Source: Candidatus Thorarchaeota archaeon
GTDB taxonomy: Archaea > Asgardarchaeota > Thorarchaeia > Thorarchaeales > Thorarchaeaceae
Length of the DNA: 64,000 bases
Direction of reading: 5' to 3'
NCBI GenBank assembly: GCA_048882385.1
Contig: JBHLRQ010000003.1
Location: 14,504 to 78,503, forward strand
In this document: in pieces, positions 8,727 to 18,638 of the stretch
Layout of the letters: every line of letters begins with the position of its first letter
Position numbering within the stretch: the stretch's first letter is position 1
Notes under the pieces: model-generated
Databases searched by the model: none
What the model saw: only the letters and a program-made list of their open reading frames with translations
Told to the model about the DNA's origin: nothing
Made by a program: the position numbers and the translations under genes

Positions 8727-10133
8727 TTAGATTCCTCCCAAGACTCCAGGGTTCATAATGTTGTTTGGGTCAATCATGCTTTTGATCTGTTTGAGAAACG
8801 CCATGTAATTATCCATTCCTTCAATGGCATCTTTCCAGTAACCAGAAAGCTTGAAAGGTACAGCACCTGTCTTGAAAAGGCGCTGTGAAAGGTCTCTGTG
8901 TGCTTCTCTTATTTTCAGTTCCTCTTCTCTATCCTGGGGGTCAAAGTAGAGCTGCGGATACCAGTTGTAGGAGGCGTGTCCCGACTGAAATCCTGCAGTA
9001 TGTCCTAGAATACCATACTCATCCATAACTGCCCAGAGAACCTCCATCGACTTGTGCCAATTAATCGGTGTCTGATGATGATACAAGATTCGCCAATGCC
9101 AACCATGAACATACGACGATCGAGCAAGTTCCCGCATACGATCCTCCCACTCACTTTTTGGAAGTTCCTTGATTCCGATAACGTAGCCATCAAGTTGTCT
9201 ACAGGCATCTTTTGCTGCTTCCATATCGCTCTGAAGCTGGTCTTCTCTGATACGACCAACAGCAACAGATACAGTGAATGTAGGCCATTCGTGTTGAGGG
9301 ACACCATATTCCTCACCAACCATATCTAGAAAGAACTCCAGAATTCTCCCTTCATAGATAGCAACCCAAACTGCATTGATATCTTTCTGTTTCAACTCGA
9401 GCAAGAATCTTTCAGCTTTCTCAACTTCACTAAATCCGTAGGTGTTGTAGTCCATATACCTCATTCTTTTGTGTGTCTTCAAAGAAACTTTCGTGATAAT
9501 TCCGAAACTCCCAAGAGACCCTATGAATAATCCAGTGATGTCCGGACCGAAAGAATACCTTAGGAATGGTCCAGGAGCATGGGGATTAGCTTCTGAACCG
9601 GTCTGGATAATTGTCCCGTCTGGTAAGACAACCTCAAGACCCATGACGAGTTCCGCGATGCATCCATAGACTCCGGATCCAAATCCAGCTCCGTTCACCG
9701 CAACACATCCAGCTAATGTCGCGACCAATGAAGACCCAGGATAGAATGGAACCCACAAGTCATGCTTGTTCAGATATTTGTCCAGTTTTCCAAATGTAAT
9801 TCCCGCACCAACTGTGACAGATCTCAGGTCTTTGTAGAGAGTAATCTCATCCAAACGCATTAATTCGACAACTAATCCTCCTGGCTGTGGTATGACCTCT
9901 CCTTGAAGACTCGATCCGCCTGACCTTGGTGTCACCGCTATCTTGTATTTATTCGCAATCCTGAGGACACCAGCAACTTCCTCAGTCGTGCCAGGTCTAA
10001 CTACAGCGCCTGGGAGAACTGGTTCATAGCTCATTGAGGCAGAGGTTGAATAACCAAGGAGGACGTCCTTTCTCGTTGAGATGTTTTCTTTTCCAACAAT
10101 ATTGGATAGTTCTTGTACTAACTCCTTATTCAC
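8727..10133 (-). CDS. FAD-linked oxidase (GlcD/D-lactate dehydrogenase-like)
   Basis: PRSGGSSL, GSLGSFGIIT, C-terminal DPNNIMNPG. Confidence 0.9.
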   Translation of the reverse strand: MNKELVQELSNIVGKENISTRKDVLLGYSTSASMSYEPVLPGAVVRPGTTEEVAGVLRIANKYKIAVTPRSGGSSLQGEVIPQPGGLVVELMRLDEITLYKDLRSVTVGAGITFGKLDKYLNKHDLWVPFYPGSSLVATLAGCVAVNGAGFGSGVYGCIAELVMGLEVVLPDGTIIQTGSEANPHAPGPFLRYSFGPDITGLFIGSLGSFGIITKVSLKTHKRMRYMDYNTYGFSEVEKAERFLLELKQKDINAVWVAIYEGRILEFFLDMVGEEYGVPQHEWPTFTVSVAVGRIREDQLQSDMEAAKDACRQLDGYVIGIKELPKSEWEDRMRELARSSYVHGWHWRILYHHQTPINWHKSMEVLWAVMDEYGILGHTAGFQSGHASYNWYPQLYFDPQDREEELKIREAHRDLSQRLFKTGAVPFKLSGYWKDAIEGMDNYMAFLKQIKSMIDPNNIMNPGVLGGI

Positions 10134-10160
10134 GATCTTTCCTCCGAGGGTTGGGTGTAT

Positions 10161-10490
10161 TCAGAAGATATGACGAATCTTCATGAGGTCGGAGGCTGAT
10201 CCTTTGACCTTTAATTTTCGTTTCAAAAGTGCACTAGCGGCGCTCATTTCCTCTAGGAACAGTTTCCGTATTGTTTCCTCATCACTATTAATTCTCATAT
10301 CAGGCTCATCTATCGGCCCCTCGTGTACAGTGATATTGTTGTCCTTGACAACGAAATGGTATTCACTTCCCTCTTTGAGTTGCAAATATGCTGTGCGTTC
10401 CCATCCATCGATGGCTTCTTTGGTTTTCTCTCGTTCGAGTCCGATTACGATTCTCTCTCTCATAAGTTCCAGCAAGTCTTGAGTCATCAC
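10161..10490 (-). CDS. SCP2 sterol/lipid-carrier domain protein
   Basis: G....PD..I......KL......A.....KLKVKG pattern. Confidence 0.8.
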   Translation of the reverse strand: MMTQDLLELMRERIVIGLEREKTKEAIDGWERTAYLQLKEGSEYHFVVKDNNITVHEGPIDEPDMRINSDEETIRKLFLEEMSAASALLKRKLKVKGSASDLMKIRHIF

Positions 10491-10556
10491 TTGGCACTCC
10501 GGTATTCTCGAATTGAGGAAGTCCTAGATTTAGTTGTTTCCTTTGGAGTTGAAGGT

Positions 10557-10871
10557 CTACTCATCCCATTTCAAAACCTCAATGAATTCAATTCCTACTC
10601 TATGTTCTCCATCAGGAAAATCAAATGTGTTGAGTTTTACCTTGATTTTTCTACCACAAACTCCTACCATATACATTGACAAATGCACAGGATCAAATTG
10701 CTGAAGCACTTCTCTTAGTTTGAATATCTTCTTGTTCCCAACGTTGTCGAGAGCGAATCTTTCAAGCTCCCCAAACTTTGCTTTCTGAATTGCTTTGACA
10801 AGGCTTTCTCTATCATATCCCTCAATCACTGTGTTTCTCTCCTCTCTCGTTTTTAGAATTCGTAAACGCAA
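10557..10871 (-). CDS. Hypothetical protein
   Basis: 104-aa ORF 2 nt downstream of eda. Confidence 0.6.
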   Translation of the reverse strand: MRLRILKTREERNTVIEGYDRESLVKAIQKAKFGELERFALDNVGNKKIFKLREVLQQFDPVHLSMYMVGVCGRKIKVKLNTFDFPDGEHRVGIEFIEVLKWDE

Positions 10872-10873
10872 TC

Positions 10874-11533
10874 CTACTTTCTAAACAGCTTGACAATATC
10901 AAGGAATTTTCTGACATTCTCTGTAATCACATCATACCTTCCTTCCTTGATTGCTTTTTTGTCTGTGATAGCACTGCCTACACCCAACGCAAAAGCGCCT
11001 GCTTCTAGCAAAGGTCCTGCAGTTTCAAGATCCACTCCTCCTGTTGGAACGAGCGGAATCTGAGGTAGTGGACCTTTTATTGCTCTCAGATATGCTGCAC
11101 CTCCAACATTTCCACAGGGGAAGACCTTCACAGCATCCGCACCTAATGTGAACGCATCGAAAATCTCTGTAGGTGTTAGAGCTCCAGGAATTATCGGTTT
11201 TTTGTGCTTTATTGCTTTTTCAATCAGGTCGCGAGAGTAGTTTGGGCTCACGATGAACTCACTTCCTGCGTTGATGACCTCCTCTGCCATCTTTCCATCC
11301 ACAACAGTTCCAGTACCAATTAGAACTTTATCACCGAATTTCTCAATGAGCTCTTTTACCACCTCAACTGCACCTGGAACACTCATTGTTACTTCTATAA
11401 TATTCACTCCTCCATCAAGAAATGCATCTGCTACCTTGAATGCTATTTCTGCAGTTTCAACTCGAATAATAGGAATAAGTGCTGTATCATGAATCAGCTT
11501 CAGGGCTTTGTCTTTCTCCCACATTTCAATCAC
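10874..11533 (-). CDS. eda: KDPG/KHG aldolase
   Basis: IPIIR, IEVT, GTGTV, VSP, VKVFP (Schiff-base Lys), PTGGV. Confidence 0.92.
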   Translation of the reverse strand: MIEMWEKDKALKLIHDTALIPIIRVETAEIAFKVADAFLDGGVNIIEVTMSVPGAVEVVKELIEKFGDKVLIGTGTVVDGKMAEEVINAGSEFIVSPNYSRDLIEKAIKHKKPIIPGALTPTEIFDAFTLGADAVKVFPCGNVGGAAYLRAIKGPLPQIPLVPTGGVDLETAGPLLEAGAFALGVGSAITDKKAIKEGRYDVITENVRKFLDIVKLFRK

Positions 11534-12525
11534 CTATCTATTCGAAGTCCTCTTTCTCTACCTTGGATTAGTTTCTCAACTTCGGATTTGTATACAAATG
11601 CAAGATCACCGGGAACAGAATGTTTCAAAGCCGAGAATGCAGACCCGAAGTCCACAGCCTTTTGAAGGTCTTTCAACTTCAGATATCCATAAATGAAACC
11701 AGCAGAGCAGGAATCCCCTCCTCCTAAACGGTCAATTACCTCTACATCATAGACGGGACTTCTGTAGACTTTTCCATCGGCATAGGCAAAGACTGACCAC
11801 TTGTTCTGCAAGACACTCGGAGTTTCTCTCACTGTTATGACAACAACTTCAAAACCAAACTTGTCTGTCAGTTTGGCTGCGACATCCTCGTAGTCCTTAC
11901 CCTCGATACCGTAAGCAACCTTCGTATCTTCCTCTGTGGTGATTAGAATATCGATGTTTTCTGAAGCGGGTTCAGTGAATTTCTGAGCTTCTTTTGGAGT
12001 CCAGAGCTTTCCTCTATAATTAACATCGTAGGACACCTTAGCTCCTTGTTCCTGGGCAATCTTCAACGCTTCACTTGTAGCCTCAGCACAGCTCTTGCTG
12101 AGAGCGGGAGTGATCCCACTCGTGTGAAAGAGCTTTGTTTGTTTCAGAATCTTTGCCCAGTCTACCTCTCCTGGTTTAAGTTTACTAATTGCCGACTCTT
12201 TCCTATCATAGATGACTCTATTTGTTCTGGGAGCTGCACCAAACTCGACAAAGTAGACTCCACAACGACTGTCTGGATCCCATAGTATGTGAGATGTGTC
12301 TACACCATGCTCTCGAGCTTTGTTTCGGATGAAGTGCCCGATAGAATTGTCTCCTAACTTGGTGACATATGCTGAGTTTAATTCTAACCTAGCACATGCA
12401 ACTGCAACATTCATCTCAGCGCCACCTGCGTGGGCGTTGAAGCTATGTGTTTGTTCAAAGCGCATAAAATCCGGTGGGGAGAGGCGAAGCATCACTTCTC
12501 CAAAGGTGACCACGTCGTAACTCAT
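11530..12525 (-). CDS. kdgK: 2-keto-3-deoxygluconate kinase (PfkB family)
   Basis: FGEVMLRLSP, GGAEMNVA, YDR..SA, DVNYR.KLW, DRLGGGDS. Confidence 0.88.
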   Translation of the reverse strand: MSYDVVTFGEVMLRLSPPDFMRFEQTHSFNAHAGGAEMNVAVACARLELNSAYVTKLGDNSIGHFIRNKAREHGVDTSHILWDPDSRCGVYFVEFGAAPRTNRVIYDRKESAISKLKPGEVDWAKILKQTKLFHTSGITPALSKSCAEATSEALKIAQEQGAKVSYDVNYRGKLWTPKEAQKFTEPASENIDILITTEEDTKVAYGIEGKDYEDVAAKLTDKFGFEVVVITVRETPSVLQNKWSVFAYADGKVYRSPVYDVEVIDRLGGGDSCSAGFIYGYLKLKDLQKAVDFGSAFSALKHSVPGDLAFVYKSEVEKLIQGRERGLRIDR

Positions 12526-12606
12526 CTGTCACAACTCTCAGCCAGTTTAACAATGAATGAAGGTCCTTTAGAAATGTTAAATCTGCCGTTACTACACTTT
12601 GAAAGC

Positions 12607-14931
12607 TTAAACATGCTTACTAGAAAACTCAGTTCTAGCAATGACTTCGTCTTGCACAAATGGGTCTAACTCTATGAAGTACGCACTGTACCCCGCAACT
12701 CTAACGATCAAATCTCTATGTTGTAATGGATTTACTTTTGCGTCTTCTAGGATTTCCCGGGAAACAACATTGTACTGAACATGGAACCCGCCCATACCAA
12801 AATACGCATCCACCATACTGATAAACTTCTGTCGACGTGCTTCAGTATCAAAGAAGTCTGGGGTGAATTTCATATTATACAATGTACCATTGTAGCATTT
12901 TGAGTGGTCTAGTCTAGCCACAGACTTCATTGCAGCTGTGGGTCCATTAACATCTCTATTTTGCGTCGGTGACACTCCATCAGATAGCATATAGCTCGCC
13001 TTTCGCCCATCTGGAGTTGCACCAAGTACTTCTCCTTGAGGGATATACATTGATACTGAGAAAAGAGCTCCATGATATGGTCCATTACGAGTGGTCATCC
13101 TGTTTTGAATCGATTCGCAGAATGCTCTCCCAGTATCTCTGGCTAGAAAATCGACATTTTCAATATCGTTTCCATATTTTGCTGGATCGTTCTCAAACTT
13201 AATTCTGAGTTCTTCATTACCTTCCCAGTCATCTGAAAGAATCTGAAGTAATTTCTCCATCGAGATTTCTTTTTCTTGAAAGATGTATTTTCTAATGATC
13301 TCCAAGGAATCTGCAACGATGGCTACTCCAACACCCATGATTCCTCCAGAGTTATACTTCACTCCTCCTTCCTGTAATGTCTTTCCTGATTCCAAACAGC
13401 CCTCGAGAAGAGATGAGATGAACGGTGTTGGTGTGTTTTCAGCATGAACTCCTGCAGCAATTCGATCAGCTTGTGTTAGGAGCTCTATTGTGTAGTCAAT
13501 CTGTTCAGTATATGCGATCCAGAGTTCATCGAAGGACGTGAATTCTTTTAGATTCCCGGTTTCTTTGCCAACAAGTTCCCCTGTTTTTGGGTCTCTCCCA
13601 TTATTCAAAGTGATTTCGAGTATCTTCGGTAAATTGACATAACCAATATTCTGTCTGGGATCTGATTTCCCGCCAATTATCGGTTCTACACATCCGAGTA
13701 TTGAGTAATTGTAAGCTTCAGCTGGATCAGTACCTTTCTCAAGCATCATCGGAATAATGGCCTGATCATTGAAAAGGCCAGGCATCCCAAGACCCTTGGA
13801 AATGACTTTTACAACCTGCATTTTGATGTCATCAGGAGTCTTTTTGTGCCATCTAAATGACACACTAGGTTGAGTGACTCTGATATTTGCTGTCGCTTCC
13901 AACACAAGTCTTGTTAGATCGTTGGTGACATCATTTCCATTTTCATCCTGCCCTCCAATTGTCATATTCTGAAACATCGGATGACCAGCAAAAGCGATAC
14001 TGTAGTATTCATCTCTCAACTTGATCAAAGACGTGAATTTTATCCACAGAGTTTCTATCATCTCGAGTGCTTCATCGCGATTCAAACTACCTGATTCAAT
14101 ATCTCTTTCATAGAACGGAAACAGGTATTGATCAAATCTTCCAGTTGACATGGAGTGTCCATTAGATTCGGTCTGTATAAGAAGGTGAATGAACCAGAAT
14201 GATTGTAATGCTTCCTGAAATGACTCTGCTGGTTCAGCAGGAACTTTGGCGCAAATTCGTGATATCTCTCGAAGCTCAGCCATTCTCTTTTCATCAGTTT
14301 CTTGTTCTGCCATATCTGACGCAAGCATAGAGAATCTTTCAGCAAACCGAATTACAGCTTCAATTTCAGTCCTCACAGCATTATAGAAAAATGAGTCTTT
14401 TTTGTCAATGTCCTGGAGAATATCTCTAAGTCCTTTCCTAATTACAGTTTCATAATCTACAATTACATGCCCTATTCCTGTCCCTGGCGATCCAATTGTG
14501 AATAGACCTGATTTCGAGGCTTTGATAGAATCTTGCGGCATAGTTAGGTGGGAAATCTCAGAAGTGCTCTTTCCATTCCAGAAACTAAACACTTCTCGAA
14601 GCTTTTTCTTGTCATCTTCACTGATGACAAACTTCTCTGTTCTCCTTTTATCAAATCGGTCCAACTCTTCCTCAATCCATTTCCAACTATATTCGGGAAA
14701 CACCTGACATGACCTTGGTGTTGGACCCATATTCCCTACAATTAACTCCTCAAGTTCAATTCGAATAGTCATATTGTCCAGAACATATGCAAACCCACTT
14801 GCAAGACGTGTCATTGTAGGTTCTGACCAATGCTCCTTCACAAATTCTGTGAAAAGTACTGCACGCTCTGAGGAAATCGTTGGATCAGATTCAAGCATTC
14901 TCTGCTTTATCCGGTGGCTCCGAGATGTCAT
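12607..14931 (-). CDS. Glycyl radical enzyme (PFL-like, dehydratase/eliminase class)
   Basis: Single-Cys loop GCVEP, Gly-radical motif RVAGYS, GRFDQYL, ATPDGR. Confidence 0.92.
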   Translation of the reverse strand: MTSRSHRIKQRMLESDPTISSERAVLFTEFVKEHWSEPTMTRLASGFAYVLDNMTIRIELEELIVGNMGPTPRSCQVFPEYSWKWIEEELDRFDKRRTEKFVISEDDKKKLREVFSFWNGKSTSEISHLTMPQDSIKASKSGLFTIGSPGTGIGHVIVDYETVIRKGLRDILQDIDKKDSFFYNAVRTEIEAVIRFAERFSMLASDMAEQETDEKRMAELREISRICAKVPAEPAESFQEALQSFWFIHLLIQTESNGHSMSTGRFDQYLFPFYERDIESGSLNRDEALEMIETLWIKFTSLIKLRDEYYSIAFAGHPMFQNMTIGGQDENGNDVTNDLTRLVLEATANIRVTQPSVSFRWHKKTPDDIKMQVVKVISKGLGMPGLFNDQAIIPMMLEKGTDPAEAYNYSILGCVEPIIGGKSDPRQNIGYVNLPKILEITLNNGRDPKTGELVGKETGNLKEFTSFDELWIAYTEQIDYTIELLTQADRIAAGVHAENTPTPFISSLLEGCLESGKTLQEGGVKYNSGGIMGVGVAIVADSLEIIRKYIFQEKEISMEKLLQILSDDWEGNEELRIKFENDPAKYGNDIENVDFLARDTGRAFCESIQNRMTTRNGPYHGALFSVSMYIPQGEVLGATPDGRKASYMLSDGVSPTQNRDVNGPTAAMKSVARLDHSKCYNGTLYNMKFTPDFFDTEARRQKFISMVDAYFGMGGFHVQYNVVSREILEDAKVNPLQHRDLIVRVAGYSAYFIELDPFVQDEVIARTEFSSKHV

Positions 14932-14971
14932 CCCTAAATTATCTCACATTTGTATACATTACTTTATCCAT

Positions 14972-16147
14972 CTAGCGGATTTTCAGGAGTTTTGGTAGAT
15001 ATGAATCTAAACGACTCAGAGCTTCTTCGATTCTCTTTGTAGAAACTGCATAACAGAGTCTTAAAAATCCCTCTCCAAAACTTCCAAAGGCAGAACCATG
15101 AACTGTTACAACATTAGTTTCTTTCAGAATTCTATGAACCAAATCATAGGATTTTATTCCAAAAGCTGAAACATCAGGAAACACATAGAATGCTCCTCCA
15201 GGCGGATCCAACTCAACTCCATCAATGTCATCAAGTCCTTTTGTTATCAGGTCCCTTCGTTTTTTGAATGTGGCGAGCATATCTCTAATGCAATCTTGCG
15301 AACCACTCACTGCAGCTTCCGCCGCTTTCTGAGCGATTGAAGTTGGCATAGCAATGACATGTTCCTGAAGTTTGGTCATTGCCCCAATGATTTCATGTGG
15401 TCCTGTTGCTGCGGCAATTCTCCATCCAGTCATGGCATATGTCTTAGAAAGTGAAAACACCGAAATGGTTCTTTCTTTCATATCCGGCAATGAACCAATG
15501 AATAGTGGTTTCTCATTATCATATCTAAATTTCTCATATGCTTCATCTGCAATCACATAGAGATCGTTCTCCTTGCACACTTCTGCTATGCGTTTCAATT
15601 CATTATTGTCGATGACGCCTCCAGTTGGATTATTTGGAGAATTTAGTACAACCATCTTTGTTTTTGGAGTCAATTTATTCTCGATATCCTCAGCAGTAAC
15701 TCCGAATCCATGTTCCTTCTTCAGTTGAACAGATATCGGAATTCCCTCTGCGAGTTTGATATGCGCATAATGACTTACGAAACCAGGATCTGGATATATC
15801 ACCTCATCTCCTGGATTGATAATAACTAAATTAGCAAGAACTAGCGCACCCATACCACCAGCCGTCAGAATCAGTTCGGTTTCAGGATTAGCTTCTATGT
15901 CGTTATCACGCTTTAGTTTCTTCGCAATGGCTTCACGAGATTCAATATACCCAGCATTGTGTGTATACCTAGTATATCCCTCATCTATCGCTAGTTTGGC
16001 TGCATCTTTGATGTGCTGAGGAGTATCAAAATCCGGGATACCCACTGTCATATCAAAAACATCAGTTCGACCAATAATCTTGTTGAAAATCTTGCGAATC
16101 TCACTTGCAGGAACATCTACATTTCTTTCTGCGAGCAAATGAACCAC
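14972..16147 (-). CDS. Class I/II PLP aminotransferase (AspC-like)
   Basis: NSPNNPTG, DEAY, SLSKTYAMTGWRI. Confidence 0.92.
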   Translation of the reverse strand: MVHLLAERNVDVPASEIRKIFNKIIGRTDVFDMTVGIPDFDTPQHIKDAAKLAIDEGYTRYTHNAGYIESREAIAKKLKRDNDIEANPETELILTAGGMGALVLANLVIINPGDEVIYPDPGFVSHYAHIKLAEGIPISVQLKKEHGFGVTAEDIENKLTPKTKMVVLNSPNNPTGGVIDNNELKRIAEVCKENDLYVIADEAYEKFRYDNEKPLFIGSLPDMKERTISVFSLSKTYAMTGWRIAAATGPHEIIGAMTKLQEHVIAMPTSIAQKAAEAAVSGSQDCIRDMLATFKKRRDLITKGLDDIDGVELDPPGGAFYVFPDVSAFGIKSYDLVHRILKETNVVTVHGSAFGSFGEGFLRLCYAVSTKRIEEALSRLDSYLPKLLKIR

Positions 16148-16264
16148 CGACGCAAATTTCTGAGTTCTAACCAGTTTATATAATCTCTCGAATGGTCATT
16201 AAAATTTAGGAAAGAATGAAGACTCTCAGAGGAGTTTTAAGAAACGAAGACAAACATAGCAGCC

Positions 16265-16738
16265 ATGCCCAATCCAAGCGCAGATGATGTACGGAGAGCC
16301 AACATGACAACGCTAGCTGAAACACATACAATCTATGTTGAAGCAATTCGTAGTCTAATGGGAGAGGATGGTCTCAAGGCAATCGGTGAAGCCAATCGGC
16401 TTCATGGTCTTGAACTTGGGAAGAACGCTGTTGAGCAGGGAGATCTTCGAGTTGGTGATTTTCGGTCAATTTACGAATTCTTTGAGGGAGCACATTCATA
16501 CTTTGGATTCAAGCTCTCGATAGAAGAATTAACCGACAAACGCTTTGATATCAAAGTGACATATTGCCCCTGGCTTGAAGGCTTCAAAAACAAGAATGCG
16601 AGTTCAGACATCTGTTGGTGGGTGACCAAAATAGATGAAGGTATTGGACAAGCAGTGGATCCTGATTTAAGAATGACACTTCCAAAGTGCATGATGCGCG
16701 GTGATGAATACTGTATCTATAGATGGGAGAAAGAATAG
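16265..16738 (+). CDS. ATC-hydrolase/V4R-like small-ligand-binding protein
   Basis: VTYCP...C...D......CMMRGDEYC pattern. Confidence 0.7.
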   Translation: MPNPSADDVRRANMTTLAETHTIYVEAIRSLMGEDGLKAIGEANRLHGLELGKNAVEQGDLRVGDFRSIYEFFEGAHSYFGFKLSIEELTDKRFDIKVTYCPWLEGFKNKNASSDICWWVTKIDEGIGQAVDPDLRMTLPKCMMRGDEYCIYRWEKE

Positions 16739-16740
16739 CA

Positions 16741-17406
16741 ATGGTGGACAGAAATTCAATTATTGAGAGAACCATGAAACTCTATGTGGCTGCACTATCT
16801 GACGCTGCAGATGAGATTGGTCTCGGACTTGTCTGTATGGATAGGGGAATAATCCCACTAACAAAGAATGTACGAATGGCTGGGTTTGCAAGAACTGGAA
16901 AACTAGTACGTTCTCCTGCAACTCGACCCTATGATGAAAAACAACTAGATATCTTCATGAGCTTAGCAACAGATGCTATTGATGGTGACATCATTGTCAT
17001 TGATATGGCAGGAGCAACTGATTGTTCAGCCTGGGGTCAGATTCTAACCAAGATTGGGATGCCAAGAGGTGTGAGAGGTGCAGTCGTTGATGGAACATCT
17101 CGTGACATCCATGATATTGACAAGATGAATTTTGCAGTCTTTGCGCGAGGTAGACACCCTGGTACTATGAGAGGTCGTTTGGATATGGAATCTGTCCAGA
17201 AGTCTATCGTGTGTGGAGGAGTAACAGTCAATTCTGGTGATCTGATATTTGGAGATGGTGATGGAGTTGTGGTAATTCCTGCTGACAAGATAGATGAAGT
17301 ACTTGCTCATGCTGAAGAGGTTGTAGCAACAGATGGGTGGTGGTCGGACAAACTTGACGAGGGTGAAGATCCCCACGATCTTCACAAAGAGAAACCTATA
17401 CCATAA
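16741..17406 (+). CDS. RraA/HMG-aldolase family protein
   Basis: LSDAAD, AWG, VVDGTSRD, GDLIFGDGDGVVVIP; start 16741 directly after the previous stop. Confidence 0.88.
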   Translation: MVDRNSIIERTMKLYVAALSDAADEIGLGLVCMDRGIIPLTKNVRMAGFARTGKLVRSPATRPYDEKQLDIFMSLATDAIDGDIIVIDMAGATDCSAWGQILTKIGMPRGVRGAVVDGTSRDIHDIDKMNFAVFARGRHPGTMRGRLDMESVQKSIVCGGVTVNSGDLIFGDGDGVVVIPADKIDEVLAHAEEVVATDGWWSDKLDEGEDPHDLHKEKPIP

Positions 17407-18534
17407 TCAGGATATGGGATACACACCTTTCTTCTTTGCATAATCGTAAAGCTCGAGTATCTTTTCTGGTGTTGATTCTGGTTGAATGTTGTGCGCAGGT
17501 GCAAGAATGTATCCACCACCTGGAGCCAATGCCTTCAGCCTTGTTTCAACCTCCTGCCTGACATCCTCAATGGTTCCCTGAGCTGACATGGCGTGCTGAA
17601 GGTCGATACCACCATGAAATGTGAGTTTCTCTCCGTATTTCTCCTTAAGACTAGCAGAATTCATTCCTTTTGCTAATGGTTGGATCGGATTGAGAATGTC
17701 AACATCTACTTCGATTAGGTCTCCAATCATGGGCTCTATTGCACCGCATGAATGATAGAGTATTTTTATGTGAGGAGCTCTTCGATGAATATCAGAGTAG
17801 ATTTTCTTGTGTCTGTGTTTGACCATTTTTCTATACATTCTTGGACTCATTATCAAACCATCTTGATGTCCTAAATCATCGCCGACTTGAACAATATCCA
17901 GATAGTCCCCAACCTCATCCAAGAATACTCTGTTCAATTCAAGTGCAAGATTCATGCTCTTTTCCATCATTGCTTCAGCAAGGTCTGGTCTTTTGATTAG
18001 GTCTACTAGAAATTTGTCAAATCCTCTCATGTAATGAGCCACGACTTCAAAAACACCCCAAGGCCCTCCCACCATGCCCACAACACCATAGACAGTTTCT
18101 TCGTGGAGATGCTTTGCCCATTTTGCAACTCCATTCATTTTTGTAGGATCATCGGGATTAATCCAATCAAACTCTTCAACCTCTTCGACTTCCGTAAACT
18201 CAGCCCATGGATAATATGTCACTTCATAGTATCCGCCAATCAGTTTCATACCACATTTGAATTCGGTTTCAATAGATCCATCAGGTAGTGGACTTGGTTC
18301 GAAATCTTCTGATGTCTTCATGTATACTCTTCGGAAATCAACACTCAACCGTTTTAGTAATTCTTCAGAAGTTTTCCATTCAGACATAATTCCCCATTCT
18401 TGAGTTTCAGGTGCAGTGATTCCCAGATGGTCCCGGAGATTCTCGTATGCCTGAGGCGTGGTCCAGTAATCTAATGGAACCCTGTCCGGTTCTTCGTGGT
18501 TGACGGTAGCATGGAATCTCTCTCTTGGCTTCAT
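17407..18534 (-). CDS. Uroporphyrinogen decarboxylase (UroD/MtaA) family protein
   Basis: PDRVP, GDDLG.Q, HSCG, LNPIQP, FHGGID, GGYILAPAHNI. Confidence 0.88.
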   Translation of the reverse strand: MKPRERFHATVNHEEPDRVPLDYWTTPQAYENLRDHLGITAPETQEWGIMSEWKTSEELLKRLSVDFRRVYMKTSEDFEPSPLPDGSIETEFKCGMKLIGGYYEVTYYPWAEFTEVEEVEEFDWINPDDPTKMNGVAKWAKHLHEETVYGVVGMVGGPWGVFEVVAHYMRGFDKFLVDLIKRPDLAEAMMEKSMNLALELNRVFLDEVGDYLDIVQVGDDLGHQDGLIMSPRMYRKMVKHRHKKIYSDIHRRAPHIKILYHSCGAIEPMIGDLIEVDVDILNPIQPLAKGMNSASLKEKYGEKLTFHGGIDLQHAMSAQGTIEDVRQEVETRLKALAPGGGYILAPAHNIQPESTPEKILELYDYAKKKGVYPIS

Positions 18535-18638
18535 CAGATTTCCTCATTTTTATAATCCATATTAAATTGAGATTAGACCGCAGTCTTTAATTAATCGGTA
18601 CACTATCTGACATTTCCAGTATCAATGGAGAGAATGAT

